Of a stretch of 32,000 bases of DNA, positions 9,300 to 17,096 are shown piece after piece. The DNA comes from Candidatus Electronema halotolerans (GTDB lineage Bacteria; Desulfobacterota; Desulfobulbia; Desulfobulbales; Desulfobulbaceae). The stretch's first letter is position 1. Each line of letters starts with the position of its first letter. The stretch spans positions 750,001-782,000 of the forward strand of contig OW818675.1 in NCBI GenBank assembly GCA_942493095.1, written 5' to 3'. The position numbers and the translations under genes were made by a program. The notes beneath the pieces were generated by a model. It was not told where the DNA came from. It ran no database searches and saw only the letters and a program-made list of their open reading frames with translations.

Positions 9300-10339
9300 G
9301 CGGTTTCAGGTTGTATGGTTATCAGAAAAAGATTAAACTTGACTTGTCTGTTTTTTCCATTTTTTCACACACGGAGGTCTGCCATGATTTATTCTATTGA
9401 TTTCAGAAAGAAAGTCTTGTCTGTTTATGAAAAACAGAAATCATTGAGAAGAACTGCAGATTTGCTTGACGTTTCCTATAAATTTGTTCAACGTCTTGTA
9501 AAAAGATGGAAGACTGAGGGGACGATTGAGCCGAAGCCTCATAAAGGCGGAAATCCTCCGAAAATCAAGGAAGTTCATATTCCTTTTCTGACCAGCATGA
9601 TTGATGACGAGAACGATCTTACGCTTGAAGAGATGTGTGATCGCTTATACGAGAAATTCAATTTAAAAATAGTACCTTCCACGCTGTGCGAAACTCTCGC
9701 CAGACTGAAAATCAGCCGGAAAAAAAACTTTCCGCGATCCGGCGGCGTATAAAGAGGAAAATATAGCAAAGACAGTTAATTACCTTGCAGGCCTGATCGA
9801 GGCTGACAAAAAGAATTTCATCTTTATTGATGAGACAGGATGCTGTTTGAACATGTCGAGAAAATTTGCAAGATCAAGAAAAGGAACAAGAGCTTTTTCA
9901 AAAAGACCTTCAGGTAAAGGGAAAAGAATAAGCATGATAGGAGCTGTAAAGTTTGGAAAAATATTGAAGTGCATGAAATTTAACGGCACCATGACAGGAG
10001 CTGTCTTTTATTTCTATATAAAAAATTATCTTTTGAAATATCTTGACAGCAGTAAGACAGTCGTTCTTGACAATGCCAGTCCTCATAAAAACAAAGAAGC
10101 TCTCGCTTTGATCAGAAGTACAGGAGCGAAGATCATTTTCCTCCCTCCTTATCGTCCTGAACTGAACCCTATTGAATACTGCTGGTCAGTAATGAAAAAC
10201 ACTATAAGAAAATTGAAGCCGAGAACAGAGCGTGAGCTGATGGAAGCTTATGATATATCTCTGAAAACGGTTAAGTCAAAATCAATCAAATCGTTTTTCC
10301 GTCATTGCTGGGTTTGATATCTGTTCAATACGAAACCGC
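9300..10339 (+). mobile_element. IS630-family insertion sequence, copy 2, 1040 bp, inverted relative to copy 1
   Basis: Same GCGGTTTC termini, with TA flanks at 9298-9299 and 10340-10341. It differs from copy 1 by a few substitutions and by one A fewer in the homopolymer (A8 at 9720-9727). Confidence 0.9.
9384..10317 (+). CDS. IS630-family transposase, copy 2 (orfA 9384..9752, orfB to 10317); here orfB is +1 relative to orfA
   Basis: Same protein as copy 1 with a few amino-acid changes (e.g. VQRLV vs VQSLV, KFNGTMTGAV vs KFKGTMTGDV). With A8 the orfA frame ends ...SRKKNFPRSGGV*. orfB needs a +1 shift or loss of one A in the mRNA, so this copy may be a frameshift mutant. Confidence 0.65.
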
Positions 10340-10341
10340 TA

Positions 10342-10971
10342 AAGAGAGCTTAAAATATTATATATTTCATCTATTGAAATAGAATTTACTATAATACCAG
10401 ATGGCTTTTCAATATCTCCATTGACGTAAAACGGAACGCTGTATGTGACAACTAACTTTTTGCTCGCTTCTCCCCAAAACGGCTCTGACCAAGCCGTTTG
10501 ATTCTGACTAAAAGCATTATAAAAAAATTTAGATTTTTTAGTATCAGCCGTATAATCATAAACCATTCCTGCATCTGTAAACTCGTATGACTTTCCAGAT
10601 CGATGAAGATATGGCCCAAATAAATAAATTTTTTTGCTGTATGCATAAGGAGCATAAAGAACACCGCTTCCCAGAAAAATTTCGTTGCTGTCCAATTCAG
10701 CGGCAAGCTGTTTTTTGATATCGGAAACAGGCGGAGTTGAATTCTTTGAAAAAGCCGCAGCCATCTTTTTTGTCCGCTCTTCCACATGTGCAACAATGGC
10801 ACCAAGCTCCTGAGCGGCTTTTTTCGTTAGCGCGACAACCTTTTCTTTTTCCTTTTCCTCGGATGAATGAACAAAATCATTATATTGACGCACCGTCCGC
10901 AGCAGTGCCGCTCCGAAAATCAGATTGACTATCAGCAGAAAACGCAATGATTTTATACCAGAAAACTTCAT
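10342..10971 (-). pseudogene. N-terminal fragment of the same Cache/pLGIC gene (signal-anchor TM plus first part of a periplasmic Cache-like domain)
   Basis: N-terminal TM (LRFLLIVNLIFGAALL), then a Cache-like sensor sequence (WSEPFWGEASKKLVVTYSVPFY...GIIVNSISIDEIYNILSSL). The TAG stop at 10339-10341 is built from the TA target duplication plus the first base of IS630 copy 2. Confidence 0.65.
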
Positions 10972-11060
10972 GACAGCCTCTTCCTTGCAATCAACGGTTC
11001 GAGTTTAATCAAGATTGCTCTGACAAGGCTGTCTCTATTTTTTCAGCAAGCGATTCAGGC

Positions 11061-11104
11061 TTGTCCGGCATGGTTCTTTTGACAGGCGGCAACATACCGG
11101 ACAA
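11061..11104 (-). other. 12-bp stem hairpin downstream of the CpxP-like gene (no U-tract)
   Basis: Arms 11061-11072 (TTGTCCGGCATG) and 11093-11104 (CATACCGGACAA) pair, with one G-U. No T-run follows on either strand, so it is not a canonical terminator. Confidence 0.3.
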
Positions 11105-11124
11105 ACGACGAAAAGTCTATTGAA

Positions 11125-11706
11125 TTATGGTTGCATCATCTTTCCGCCTTGCCCTTTACCGCCCATCGCGCAAGGCTTGCTGCCATTTCCTTGGCCGTTC
11201 ATGGCGCACGGCGCGTTGCCGCCGCGCATGGACTGCATCTGGTCAAGCTGCTCCGGGGTGAGAATTTTTTTCATGGCCAGCTTGGCCTCAGTCCGCTGCA
11301 CAGCCAGCTTGCCTTTCACGGCAGAAATTTTTTCGGTCAGTTCCACAACCGCCTTCTCATCCACCGGCTCGGCGGCAAAAGCCTGATCCATCTTCAGGCG
11401 CAGGCTGTCCAATTCGGCCCGCAGCGGCAATTCCTTCTCGCGGGTGGCAAAATCAGCCTCCTTGAGCTGCTTGACCTGCTCCGCGCTCAGTCCCAAGTTC
11501 TTCACAGCCTGTGAATTCTGCCAGATGCCAAAGTGCGAACCACCACCGCGTCCGCCTTTCATGCCGCAGTCCATGCCATAGCCGCTTCCGCCGCCGCGCC
11601 CGCCTTTGCCGCCCCGGCAGGCATCTGCTGCGGAAGGAATAAGAGCTGCGGAAAGCAGGACTGCCATAAGCACGGTGCCGATTTTCTTGCCGGTTGCTGT
11701 CTTCAT
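11125..11706 (-). CDS. Periplasmic CpxP/Spy/ZraP-family protein (LTxxQ-motif stress chaperone or metal-sensor-like), Gly/Cys-rich ends
   Basis: Signal peptide MKTATGKKIGTVLMAVLLSAALIPSAADA. Two LTxxQ-type motifs (LSAEQVKQL and LTPEQLDQM) in a helical core. Gly-rich termini with Cys, Met and His, as in ZraP-like proteins. Confidence 0.7.
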   Translation of the reverse strand: MKTATGKKIGTVLMAVLLSAALIPSAADACRGGKGGRGGGSGYGMDCGMKGGRGGGSHFGIWQNSQAVKNLGLSAEQVKQLKEADFATREKELPLRAELDSLRLKMDQAFAAEPVDEKAVVELTEKISAVKGKLAVQRTEAKLAMKKILTPEQLDQMQSMRGGNAPCAMNGQGNGSKPCAMGGKGQGGKMMQP

Positions 11707-11761
11707 GATGATTCTCCTTGATGTCTGTTTTGTCGGTCAATGGGAGCTGTTCCCGTTCTTT

Positions 11762-12100
11762 CTACCGGAAATGTACCCCATAGATGTAAAGATAGTTTGT
11801 CGATGGATAGACAAATTGTAAAGGTTTTGTAAAGCCGATGGCAAAGAACGGCTGCCTGTGCAACATTCTGCCGCTGGCAGCAGGCTGCCGCCACGGTCTT
11901 TCTCGGACGACAAAAGCCTTCCTGTGCTCCTTGACTTTCGGCGGATGGCTCGGCCTGTAGTGATGGACAATGCCAGGCCTGCTGGCATCCAGGGGGACGA
12001 AACGCTGCTGCGATCTGGTTCCGGGTTGGGCAAAAGCAGAGCCTGCGATGATCATTGTCATGCTCATTGTCAGTGTTGCTGCGAGTTTCCAAGTTTTCAT
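11762..12100 (-). CDS. Hypothetical small secreted basic protein; its signal peptide is paralogous to that of the EF-hand protein
   Basis: MKTWKLAATLTMSMTMIIAGSAFA matches MKTWKLAAALTLSMALIAGYAVA of the upstream gene, and both continue with QQRF..LD. The EF-hand loops are absent. The 3' end of the ORF reads through the promoter-like repeats, so the true end and coding status are uncertain. Confidence 0.4.
   Translation of the reverse strand: MKTWKLAATLTMSMTMIIAGSAFAQPGTRSQQRFVPLDASRPGIVHHYRPSHPPKVKEHRKAFVVRERPWRQPAASGRMLHRQPFFAIGFTKPLQFVYPSTNYLYIYGVHFR
11785..11834 (-). promoter_or_regulatory. Triple CTTTACA-type repeat (spacing 11 and 32 nt) upstream of the CpxP-like gene
   Basis: Minus-strand CTTTACA at 11828-11834, 11817-11823 and 11785-11791. 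The same architecture recurs at 12566-12615 (see findings). An inverted repeat TTTGTC-N8-GACAAA lies between the repeats. Confidence 0.4.
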
Positions 12101-12190
12101 CATATCCTCCCTCGTTTTGCTGTTGTGCAGCAGCAGAGATGCAGCTGCTGCGATTTTGTCTGCTGATTGCCGCCGGAATGTGTCAATGCC

Positions 12191-12478
12191 TCAGCGTCTT
12201 GGGCAGAATTCAGCTGCTGTCAGCAGCCCGTCTCCGTCAGCATCTTTAGCAGTGAACATCTGCCTTGCTTGGTCATCACCTCTCGGATGATCAACAGACA
12301 TGAACTCCTCAAGACTGACTTGGCCATTCTTATCGGAATCCAAGGTCGCAAAACGCTGCTGACAGCCCATTCCTCGGCCCTGACCTTTACCTGGCCCGTT
12401 GCCTGGCTGGGCAACAGCATAACCTGCGATCAGAGCCATGCTCAGGGTAAGTGCGGCGGCGAGTTTCCAAGTCTTCAT
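12191..12478 (-). CDS. Secreted EF-hand pair calcium-binding protein (95 aa)
   Basis: ATG at 12478 (MKTWKL) with a signal peptide. Two canonical EF loops, DSDKNGQVSLEE and DADGDGLLTAAE. The longer ORF-track start at 12772 reads through non-coding sequence. Confidence 0.75.
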   Translation of the reverse strand: MKTWKLAAALTLSMALIAGYAVAQPGNGPGKGQGRGMGCQQRFATLDSDKNGQVSLEEFMSVDHPRGDDQARQMFTAKDADGDGLLTAAEFCPRR

Positions 12479-12565
12479 TGCAATCTCCATGATGTAAAAT
12501 GTTATTCGAGCAAGAGGCCTGCTGCGGTTTTCTCCTTCTTCCTGACTGTAATAATACGCAAAGAA

Positions 12566-12615
12566 TGTAAAGGAAGTTTGTTGATTGCGGGCGGAATTGT
12601 AAAGGTTTCGTAAAA
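12566..12615 (-). promoter_or_regulatory. Second copy of the TTTAC-repeat promoter/operator module, upstream of the EF-hand gene
   Basis: Minus-strand TTTTACG at 12609-12615, then CTTTACA at 12598-12604 and 12566-12572. Spacing is 11 and 32 nt, identical to the module at 11785-11834. Confidence 0.4.
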
Positions 12616-12811
12616 ACGGGCCGAAAGAAAGGCGGGACCGCCGCAGTGCGTTATCCTGCCTGCTTTGGAGCGTGAATCTGGTTACGTTCTGCTTCGGTGA
12701 GGTGTGTGCAGCTGTCCGTCTGTGTTCCTCGTTCCAAATCGTGAAAGAGGAGCCAATATCGGGTCTTGACATCTATATCCATTTCAGGAAGCCTCTGTCA
12801 ACACCTTTTCA

Positions 12812-13861
12812 TCACTCAAACATATTCACCTGCTGTGTAAGCCCGCCCGGCACCTTCCTGTCGAAATGCTCATACGCTGCCGCCGTGGCCATCCGCCCCC
12901 TTGGTGTGCGCATCAGGAAGCCGGACTGGATCAAAAACGGCTCATAGACATCCTCCAAGGTGGTCTTCTCTTCGCAGACCGCTGTGGCCAAGGTGTCCAA
13001 GCCAATCGGGCCGCCCTGAAAACGGTCAATCAGGGTGAGGAGGATGCGGCGGTCCATCTCGTCAAGGCCGAAGCGGTCAACCGCCAGCATGTTCAGGGCC
13101 TGATCCGCCACCTCAGCGCAGATCGACGCATGGCCGCCGACCTCGGAGAAGTCGCGCACCCGGCGCAGGAGGCGGTTGGCAATGCGCGGCGTGCCCCGCG
13201 AGCGGCGGCCTATCTCCAGCGCGCCATTGTCGTCAATGCCGATGCCCAAAACCCTTGCCGAGCGTTTGACAATGGTCACCAGCTCTTCAGGCGAGTAAAA
13301 TTCAAGGCGGAGGAGCACCCCGAAGCGGTCGCGCAGGGGCGGGGTGAGGAGGCCGGTGCGGGTGGTCGCGCCGACCAAGGTGAAGCGGGGCAGGTCGATC
13401 TTGACCGAGCGTGCGCCCGGCCCTTGGCCAATGACGAGGTCGAGCTGATAGTCTTCCATGGCCGGATAGAGGATTTCCTCGACCGTGTGATTGAGGCGGT
13501 GAATCTCGTCAATGAAGAGCACGTCGCCTTGTTGCAGGCTGGTGAGGATGGCGGCCAAGTCCCCGGCCCGCTCAATCACCGGGCCGGACGTGCTCTTGAT
13601 GCCCGCGCCCATCTCGTTGGCAATGATGTTGGCCAGCGTGGTCTTGCCAAGGCCGGGAAAGCCGTGGAACAGGACATGGTCCAAGGCCTCGCCGCGCTGC
13701 CGGGCTGCCTCAATGAATATCCGCAGGCTGCCCTTGACCTGCTCCTGGCCGATGTACTCGTCCAGCCGCCGGGGCCGCAGGCCAAGATCAGGCTGGATTT
13801 CCTCGTCCAGCCTGCCGCCGCTCACTAACCGCTTGCCGGTCAGCTCTTCTTCGTGCTTCAA
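12812..13861 (-). CDS. ruvB: Holliday junction branch migration ATPase RuvB
   Basis: [16 protein letters not shown], Walker [12 protein letters not shown], Walker [10 protein letters not shown] and [18 protein letters not shown], plus a C-terminal winged helix. Unmistakable RuvB. Confidence 0.97.
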   Translation of the reverse strand: MKHEEELTGKRLVSGGRLDEEIQPDLGLRPRRLDEYIGQEQVKGSLRIFIEAARQRGEALDHVLFHGFPGLGKTTLANIIANEMGAGIKSTSGPVIERAGDLAAILTSLQQGDVLFIDEIHRLNHTVEEILYPAMEDYQLDLVIGQGPGARSVKIDLPRFTLVGATTRTGLLTPPLRDRFGVLLRLEFYSPEELVTIVKRSARVLGIGIDDNGALEIGRRSRGTPRIANRLLRRVRDFSEVGGHASICAEVADQALNMLAVDRFGLDEMDRRILLTLIDRFQGGPIGLDTLATAVCEEKTTLEDVYEPFLIQSGFLMRTPRGRMATAAAYEHFDRKVPGGLTQQVNMFE

Positions 13862-13935
13862 TCTGTTTCTCCTCAGCCTGTTCCTGACCGTTCCAGCAGA
13901 CGATGCCCGGAGCGCTGCTCCGGGCCTGCCGCATC

Positions 13936-14487
13936 TCAGCCGCTGAAGCTGTCCGCATAGAGCTGCTCAATGGCCGCCTTGCCCTCGTCGCTCAGGTAGC
14001 GGGTGCCGGAGCCGACATACGTGTCATAGGAAATTTTCGGTTTCTCCTCCGGCTGCCACGTGCCGTCTTTCCAAGTGAACCAGCCTGTCCGGCTCTGGTC
14101 ATAGACATGCAGAGGCCGGTTGAAGAGCTTGGCCAGCTCCACAGCCCAGCCAGTGCCGCCCTTGACTGAGTTGTCCTCCAGAATGGCGCCGATGACAAAG
14201 ACCTGATGGCCCTTGTTGACCATGTGAAAAATGGCCTGCAAGACCCGCCGGATTTTCTCGGTCTCATAGTAGGTGCGGTTCATCATCCGCGAGGCGATCT
14301 CCATGCTGATGTCGCCGCGCTGCAAGTCGTCCTCGCTCAGGGAGACCGCGTTCCGGTCGCGGTTGAGGCGGTGGCCCTCAAAGGTGAAGATCACCTCGCC
14401 CACCTCGTATTTTTCCGCCATCTCGCCGAACAGGGTTTCCGCACCCTTGAGACCGCCGTGGTACAACGTGCATTCTGCCGCCTTCAT
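13936..14487 (-). CDS. Hypothetical Rossmann-like protein, possibly SLOG/DprA-LOG superfamily
   Basis: 183 aa with backbone-like GC content. An N-terminal GG..GAE motif ([13 protein letters not shown]) and a later [21 protein letters not shown] motif resemble the two Gly-rich loops of SLOG/DprA-like folds. It is clearly a real gene; the family call is weak. Confidence 0.35.
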   Translation of the reverse strand: MKAAECTLYHGGLKGAETLFGEMAEKYEVGEVIFTFEGHRLNRDRNAVSLSEDDLQRGDISMEIASRMMNRTYYETEKIRRVLQAIFHMVNKGHQVFVIGAILEDNSVKGGTGWAVELAKLFNRPLHVYDQSRTGWFTWKDGTWQPEEKPKISYDTYVGSGTRYLSDEGKAAIEQLYADSFSG

Positions 14488-14522
14488 ATTGGATCACCTT
14501 GAGTTGAAAGTAAAAAAGATCA

Positions 14523-15539
14523 TTATTTCCGCCGCAGTGGGCAGGCGTGATTTTTTGGCTGCGCCTTGCCTGCCTTGAAGAATATCCGCCAGGGCGCAGG
14601 ATATCCCTCTATTGTACGGGCGGGATTCTTTTTGTCAATAAAATCATGATAGGATTCAAAAACCATCCAGTCTGTCCGCCGCTGCTCATCGCTGCTCATT
14701 GGGTGCTGGCAGAAGCATTCCACATCGGTGAAACCGGCCCGGAGCAGCCAGTTATGGAGGCAGGCGGCAGTGGGGACAAACCAGGTGCCCGGCACCTTGG
14801 CATACGTTTTCTCCGGGAACAGGGCTACTGACTCCTCGCCGCTGATGGCCTGCGATTCGAGCAGGAGGCAGCCGCCCGGCTTGAGGGCCATGTGCAGCTC
14901 GCGCAGGGCCTCCACAGGCGAGGGCCGGTGATAGATCACGCCCAGACAGAAAATGACATCAAAGGAGTCAGGAAAAAGGTTGAGATGCTCAATACCGAGC
15001 AGGTCAATGAAGAGATTGTCCAGCTCGGCAAAGCGGTTGAGGGCGGTGAAGGCGAAGTAATGCTGGGCATACGGTTCAAAGCCGAGCACCATTTTCGGCG
15101 AATGAGCAGCCATGCGGAACATGTAATAGCCGTTGTTGCAGCCCACATCGGCAATCACCTTGTCTTTCAGGTCAGGCATGGCAGGCAGGAGGCGGTTCCA
15201 CTTGCGCCAGCTCTGCCATTCCGCGTCAATTTCCGTGCCAAAGATGGAGAACGGCCCCTTGCGCCACGGCATCAAGGTTTTCAGAAGCTGGAAGACCTGT
15301 TCCTGCTCGCTGTCGCTGAGATCAGCCCGGCTGCCAATGCGCACCACGTCACCGCTCAAGTCAAGGCTGGAGGCCCGTAAGTGTCTGACCGCCTCCAGCG
15401 GCTCCCGGTAGCGGAGAAAACCTTTTTTCGGCTGATTGATCCAGACCTGCTTTTCCTCGTGCAGGCGGGTGATGGTGTTCTTCAGGGCAAGAGGGAGATG
15501 ATCGAGATAAGGGGGCATCTTGTTTGAGTGTTGGTGCAT
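14523..15539 (-). CDS. cmoB: tRNA U34 carboxymethyltransferase CmoB
   Basis: LMPWRKGPFSIFGTEIDAEWQSWRKW is the CmoB signature, followed by the SAM-MTase motif VIADVGCNNGYY. Start is 15539 or the ATG at 15518 (MPPYLDHL). Confidence 0.9.
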   Translation of the reverse strand: MHQHSNKMPPYLDHLPLALKNTITRLHEEKQVWINQPKKGFLRYREPLEAVRHLRASSLDLSGDVVRIGSRADLSDSEQEQVFQLLKTLMPWRKGPFSIFGTEIDAEWQSWRKWNRLLPAMPDLKDKVIADVGCNNGYYMFRMAAHSPKMVLGFEPYAQHYFAFTALNRFAELDNLFIDLLGIEHLNLFPDSFDVIFCLGVIYHRPSPVEALRELHMALKPGGCLLLESQAISGEESVALFPEKTYAKVPGTWFVPTAACLHNWLLRAGFTDVECFCQHPMSSDEQRRTDWMVFESYHDFIDKKNPARTIEGYPAPWRIFFKAGKAQPKNHACPLRRK

Positions 15540-15540
15540 A

Positions 15541-15568
15541 AGAAAAGCCCCGCCGCAAGCGGCAGGGC
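15541..15568 (-). terminator. Rho-independent terminator after the radical SAM gene
   Basis: Minus strand reads GCCCTGCCG-CTTG-CGGCGGGGC followed by TTTTCTT. The GC-rich 9-bp stem has one G-U pair. Confidence 0.7.
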
Positions 15569-15596
15569 GTGAACAAACTTCTCAGTTTCGCATGAA

Positions 15597-17096
15597 TTAT
15601 GCTGCTGAAAGCGGGGCAAGAGTGAACAGCGAGTGATCAAATGAGACTTTTTCTGACTTGCTGCCGTTTTTTTTCAACATGTCAAGCAGGCGCAGGCCTT
15701 CCAGCCGCAGCACTGCTGGAAAAAGGGCCTTGTAGATCGGACAGGCCGAGGAGGTGACAGCCAGCGGACAGCCTCCGGCGCACCAGTATTTCCAAGCGCA
15801 GTTCTTGCAGGAAGCCTTTTCCGCAACTGAGAAATGCTGAGGCCAAGCCGCCCGCAGCAGAGTCAGCGGGTTGTCATCTTGAGCCGTTGCCAGCGGCCTG
15901 TTCATCCGCATCTGGCAGGAATGCGCCTGCCCGGCACAGTCAAAGACCACATAGCTGCTGCCCGCGCCGCAGGCGTGCTTATGGGCGGCAGACAGATCGG
16001 CCCGATCCAGCAGTGAGGCCAGCAGGCTGTGGTCGGGCAGGTCAGCTTCAATCACCTTGAAGGCGGCCTGCATGCCGCTGATGATCCGCCCCTCCTCCAG
16101 CTTGGTGGCATGAGTCGGGGCGCAGGCATTGTCCCGGCAGAAGTTGAAGCTGAAAGGCAGTTTCCGTGCCAAAAGCCACTGGGTCAGCTCTGACAGTCCG
16201 TCAACACTGTCTTTGCTGACTGTCACTGAAATATCCGGGGTCAGGCCGCAGGACAGGGCCAATTCAATTGCCTCCATTGCGGCAGCAGCAGAGTCTTTTC
16301 CGGCAGCATCGCAGCGCGGCGTGTCCCGCAGTCCGTCCAAGGAAATCATCAGGCGCAGGCCGAGCTGTTGCATTAACTCAATGATTTCCTCGGTCAGCAG
16401 GGTGCCGTTGCTGAGGATCACCCCGTCCAGCTCCAGGCCGTGCCGCCCGGCTTGGTCTTGGGCATATTGGTGCAGTTCCGCAGCAAGGGGAAAACAAAGC
16501 AGCGGCTCGCCGCCCGCATACTTGAGCTTGACCCGGCAATACTGATGCGCTGCTGCTGAACGGAAAGTTGCAGCAATGGCGGCCTTGCCCGTTGCAGGCG
16601 GCATGTCAAGCGGCTGATGGGGCCGGTAGCAGTAGGCGCAGCGCAGGTTGCATCGGTCGGTGAGATGCAGCCAGACTGAGAGGGTGTCAGGGATTTCAGC
16701 AGGCGGTTCCTGCGGGCAGGCGGCAGGGGTGAGCAGGTTGAAGGCGGTCATCTGGGCCAAGGTGTCCTGCACCGCCGCTGCGCCCCAAGTGTCTTTCCAC
16801 GCGGCAGGAATATCTGCCAACCGATGCGGGTTTTGAAAATATGCGGCCATCTCCGCTGCCGGGTGGTTGAGCAGGCCGATGGCGGAATGCCGGTTGAGGC
16901 TGATCTGATAGTCAGCGTTTAAGGGCAGGAAGACTGTGCTGCTATCCACTTGGCAGAGTGTGTCCGCAGCAGGTGGAAGTACGGCGGCAGGGAGCGGCAG
17001 GGCAAGGCTGCACGCGCAGTCACATTGGGCCTGCACGGCAGCGGCGGCAGTGCGGGTGAAAAAGACTTGCGGTGCCTGCTCGTGGTTCATGCTCAT
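15597..17096 (-). CDS. Radical SAM enzyme with C-terminal SPASM domain (peptide/protein-modifying maturase type) and a ~140-aa N-terminal extension
   Basis: CxxxCxxC in LHLTDRCNLRCAYCY. The C-terminus is Cys-rich and SPASM-like (CGAGSSYVVFDCAGQAHSC...CKNCAWKYWCAGGCP). ATG at 17096 (MSMNHEQ) is preceded by GGGGGGAAG and overlaps the upstream stop as ATGA. Confidence 0.85.
   Translation of the reverse strand: MSMNHEQAPQVFFTRTAAAAVQAQCDCACSLALPLPAAVLPPAADTLCQVDSSTVFLPLNADYQISLNRHSAIGLLNHPAAEMAAYFQNPHRLADIPAAWKDTWGAAAVQDTLAQMTAFNLLTPAACPQEPPAEIPDTLSVWLHLTDRCNLRCAYCYRPHQPLDMPPATGKAAIAATFRSAAAHQYCRVKLKYAGGEPLLCFPLAAELHQYAQDQAGRHGLELDGVILSNGTLLTEEIIELMQQLGLRLMISLDGLRDTPRCDAAGKDSAAAAMEAIELALSCGLTPDISVTVSKDSVDGLSELTQWLLARKLPFSFNFCRDNACAPTHATKLEEGRIISGMQAAFKVIEADLPDHSLLASLLDRADLSAAHKHACGAGSSYVVFDCAGQAHSCQMRMNRPLATAQDDNPLTLLRAAWPQHFSVAEKASCKNCAWKYWCAGGCPLAVTSSACPIYKALFPAVLRLEGLRLLDMLKKNGSKSEKVSFDHSLFTLAPLSAA

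Noticed and set aside
9249-9383. N-terminal extension of the 9249..9752 ORF
   Set aside because: It reads through the flank and the IS630 inverted repeat. The conserved orfA starts at ATG 9384, identical to copy 1.
11703-12092. Alternative minus-strand frames (11703..12092 and 11737..12033) across the small secreted-protein gene
   Set aside because: I checked whether a frameshift would restore EF-hand loops in the paralogue. Neither frame contains DxDxDG-type loops, so this is not a simple frameshifted EF-hand gene.
12866-13828. 320-aa plus-strand ORF
   Set aside because: It is an antisense shadow of ruvB in GC-rich DNA, Ala/Arg/Gly-rich with no motifs. ruvB on the minus strand is unambiguous.
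13905-13925. 9-bp GC-rich hairpin (GCCCGGAGC-GCT-GCTCCGGGC) between the SLOG-like gene and ruvB, considered as a terminator
   Set aside because: No T-run follows on either strand, and it sits only ~45 nt before the ruvB start. I cannot support a terminator call.
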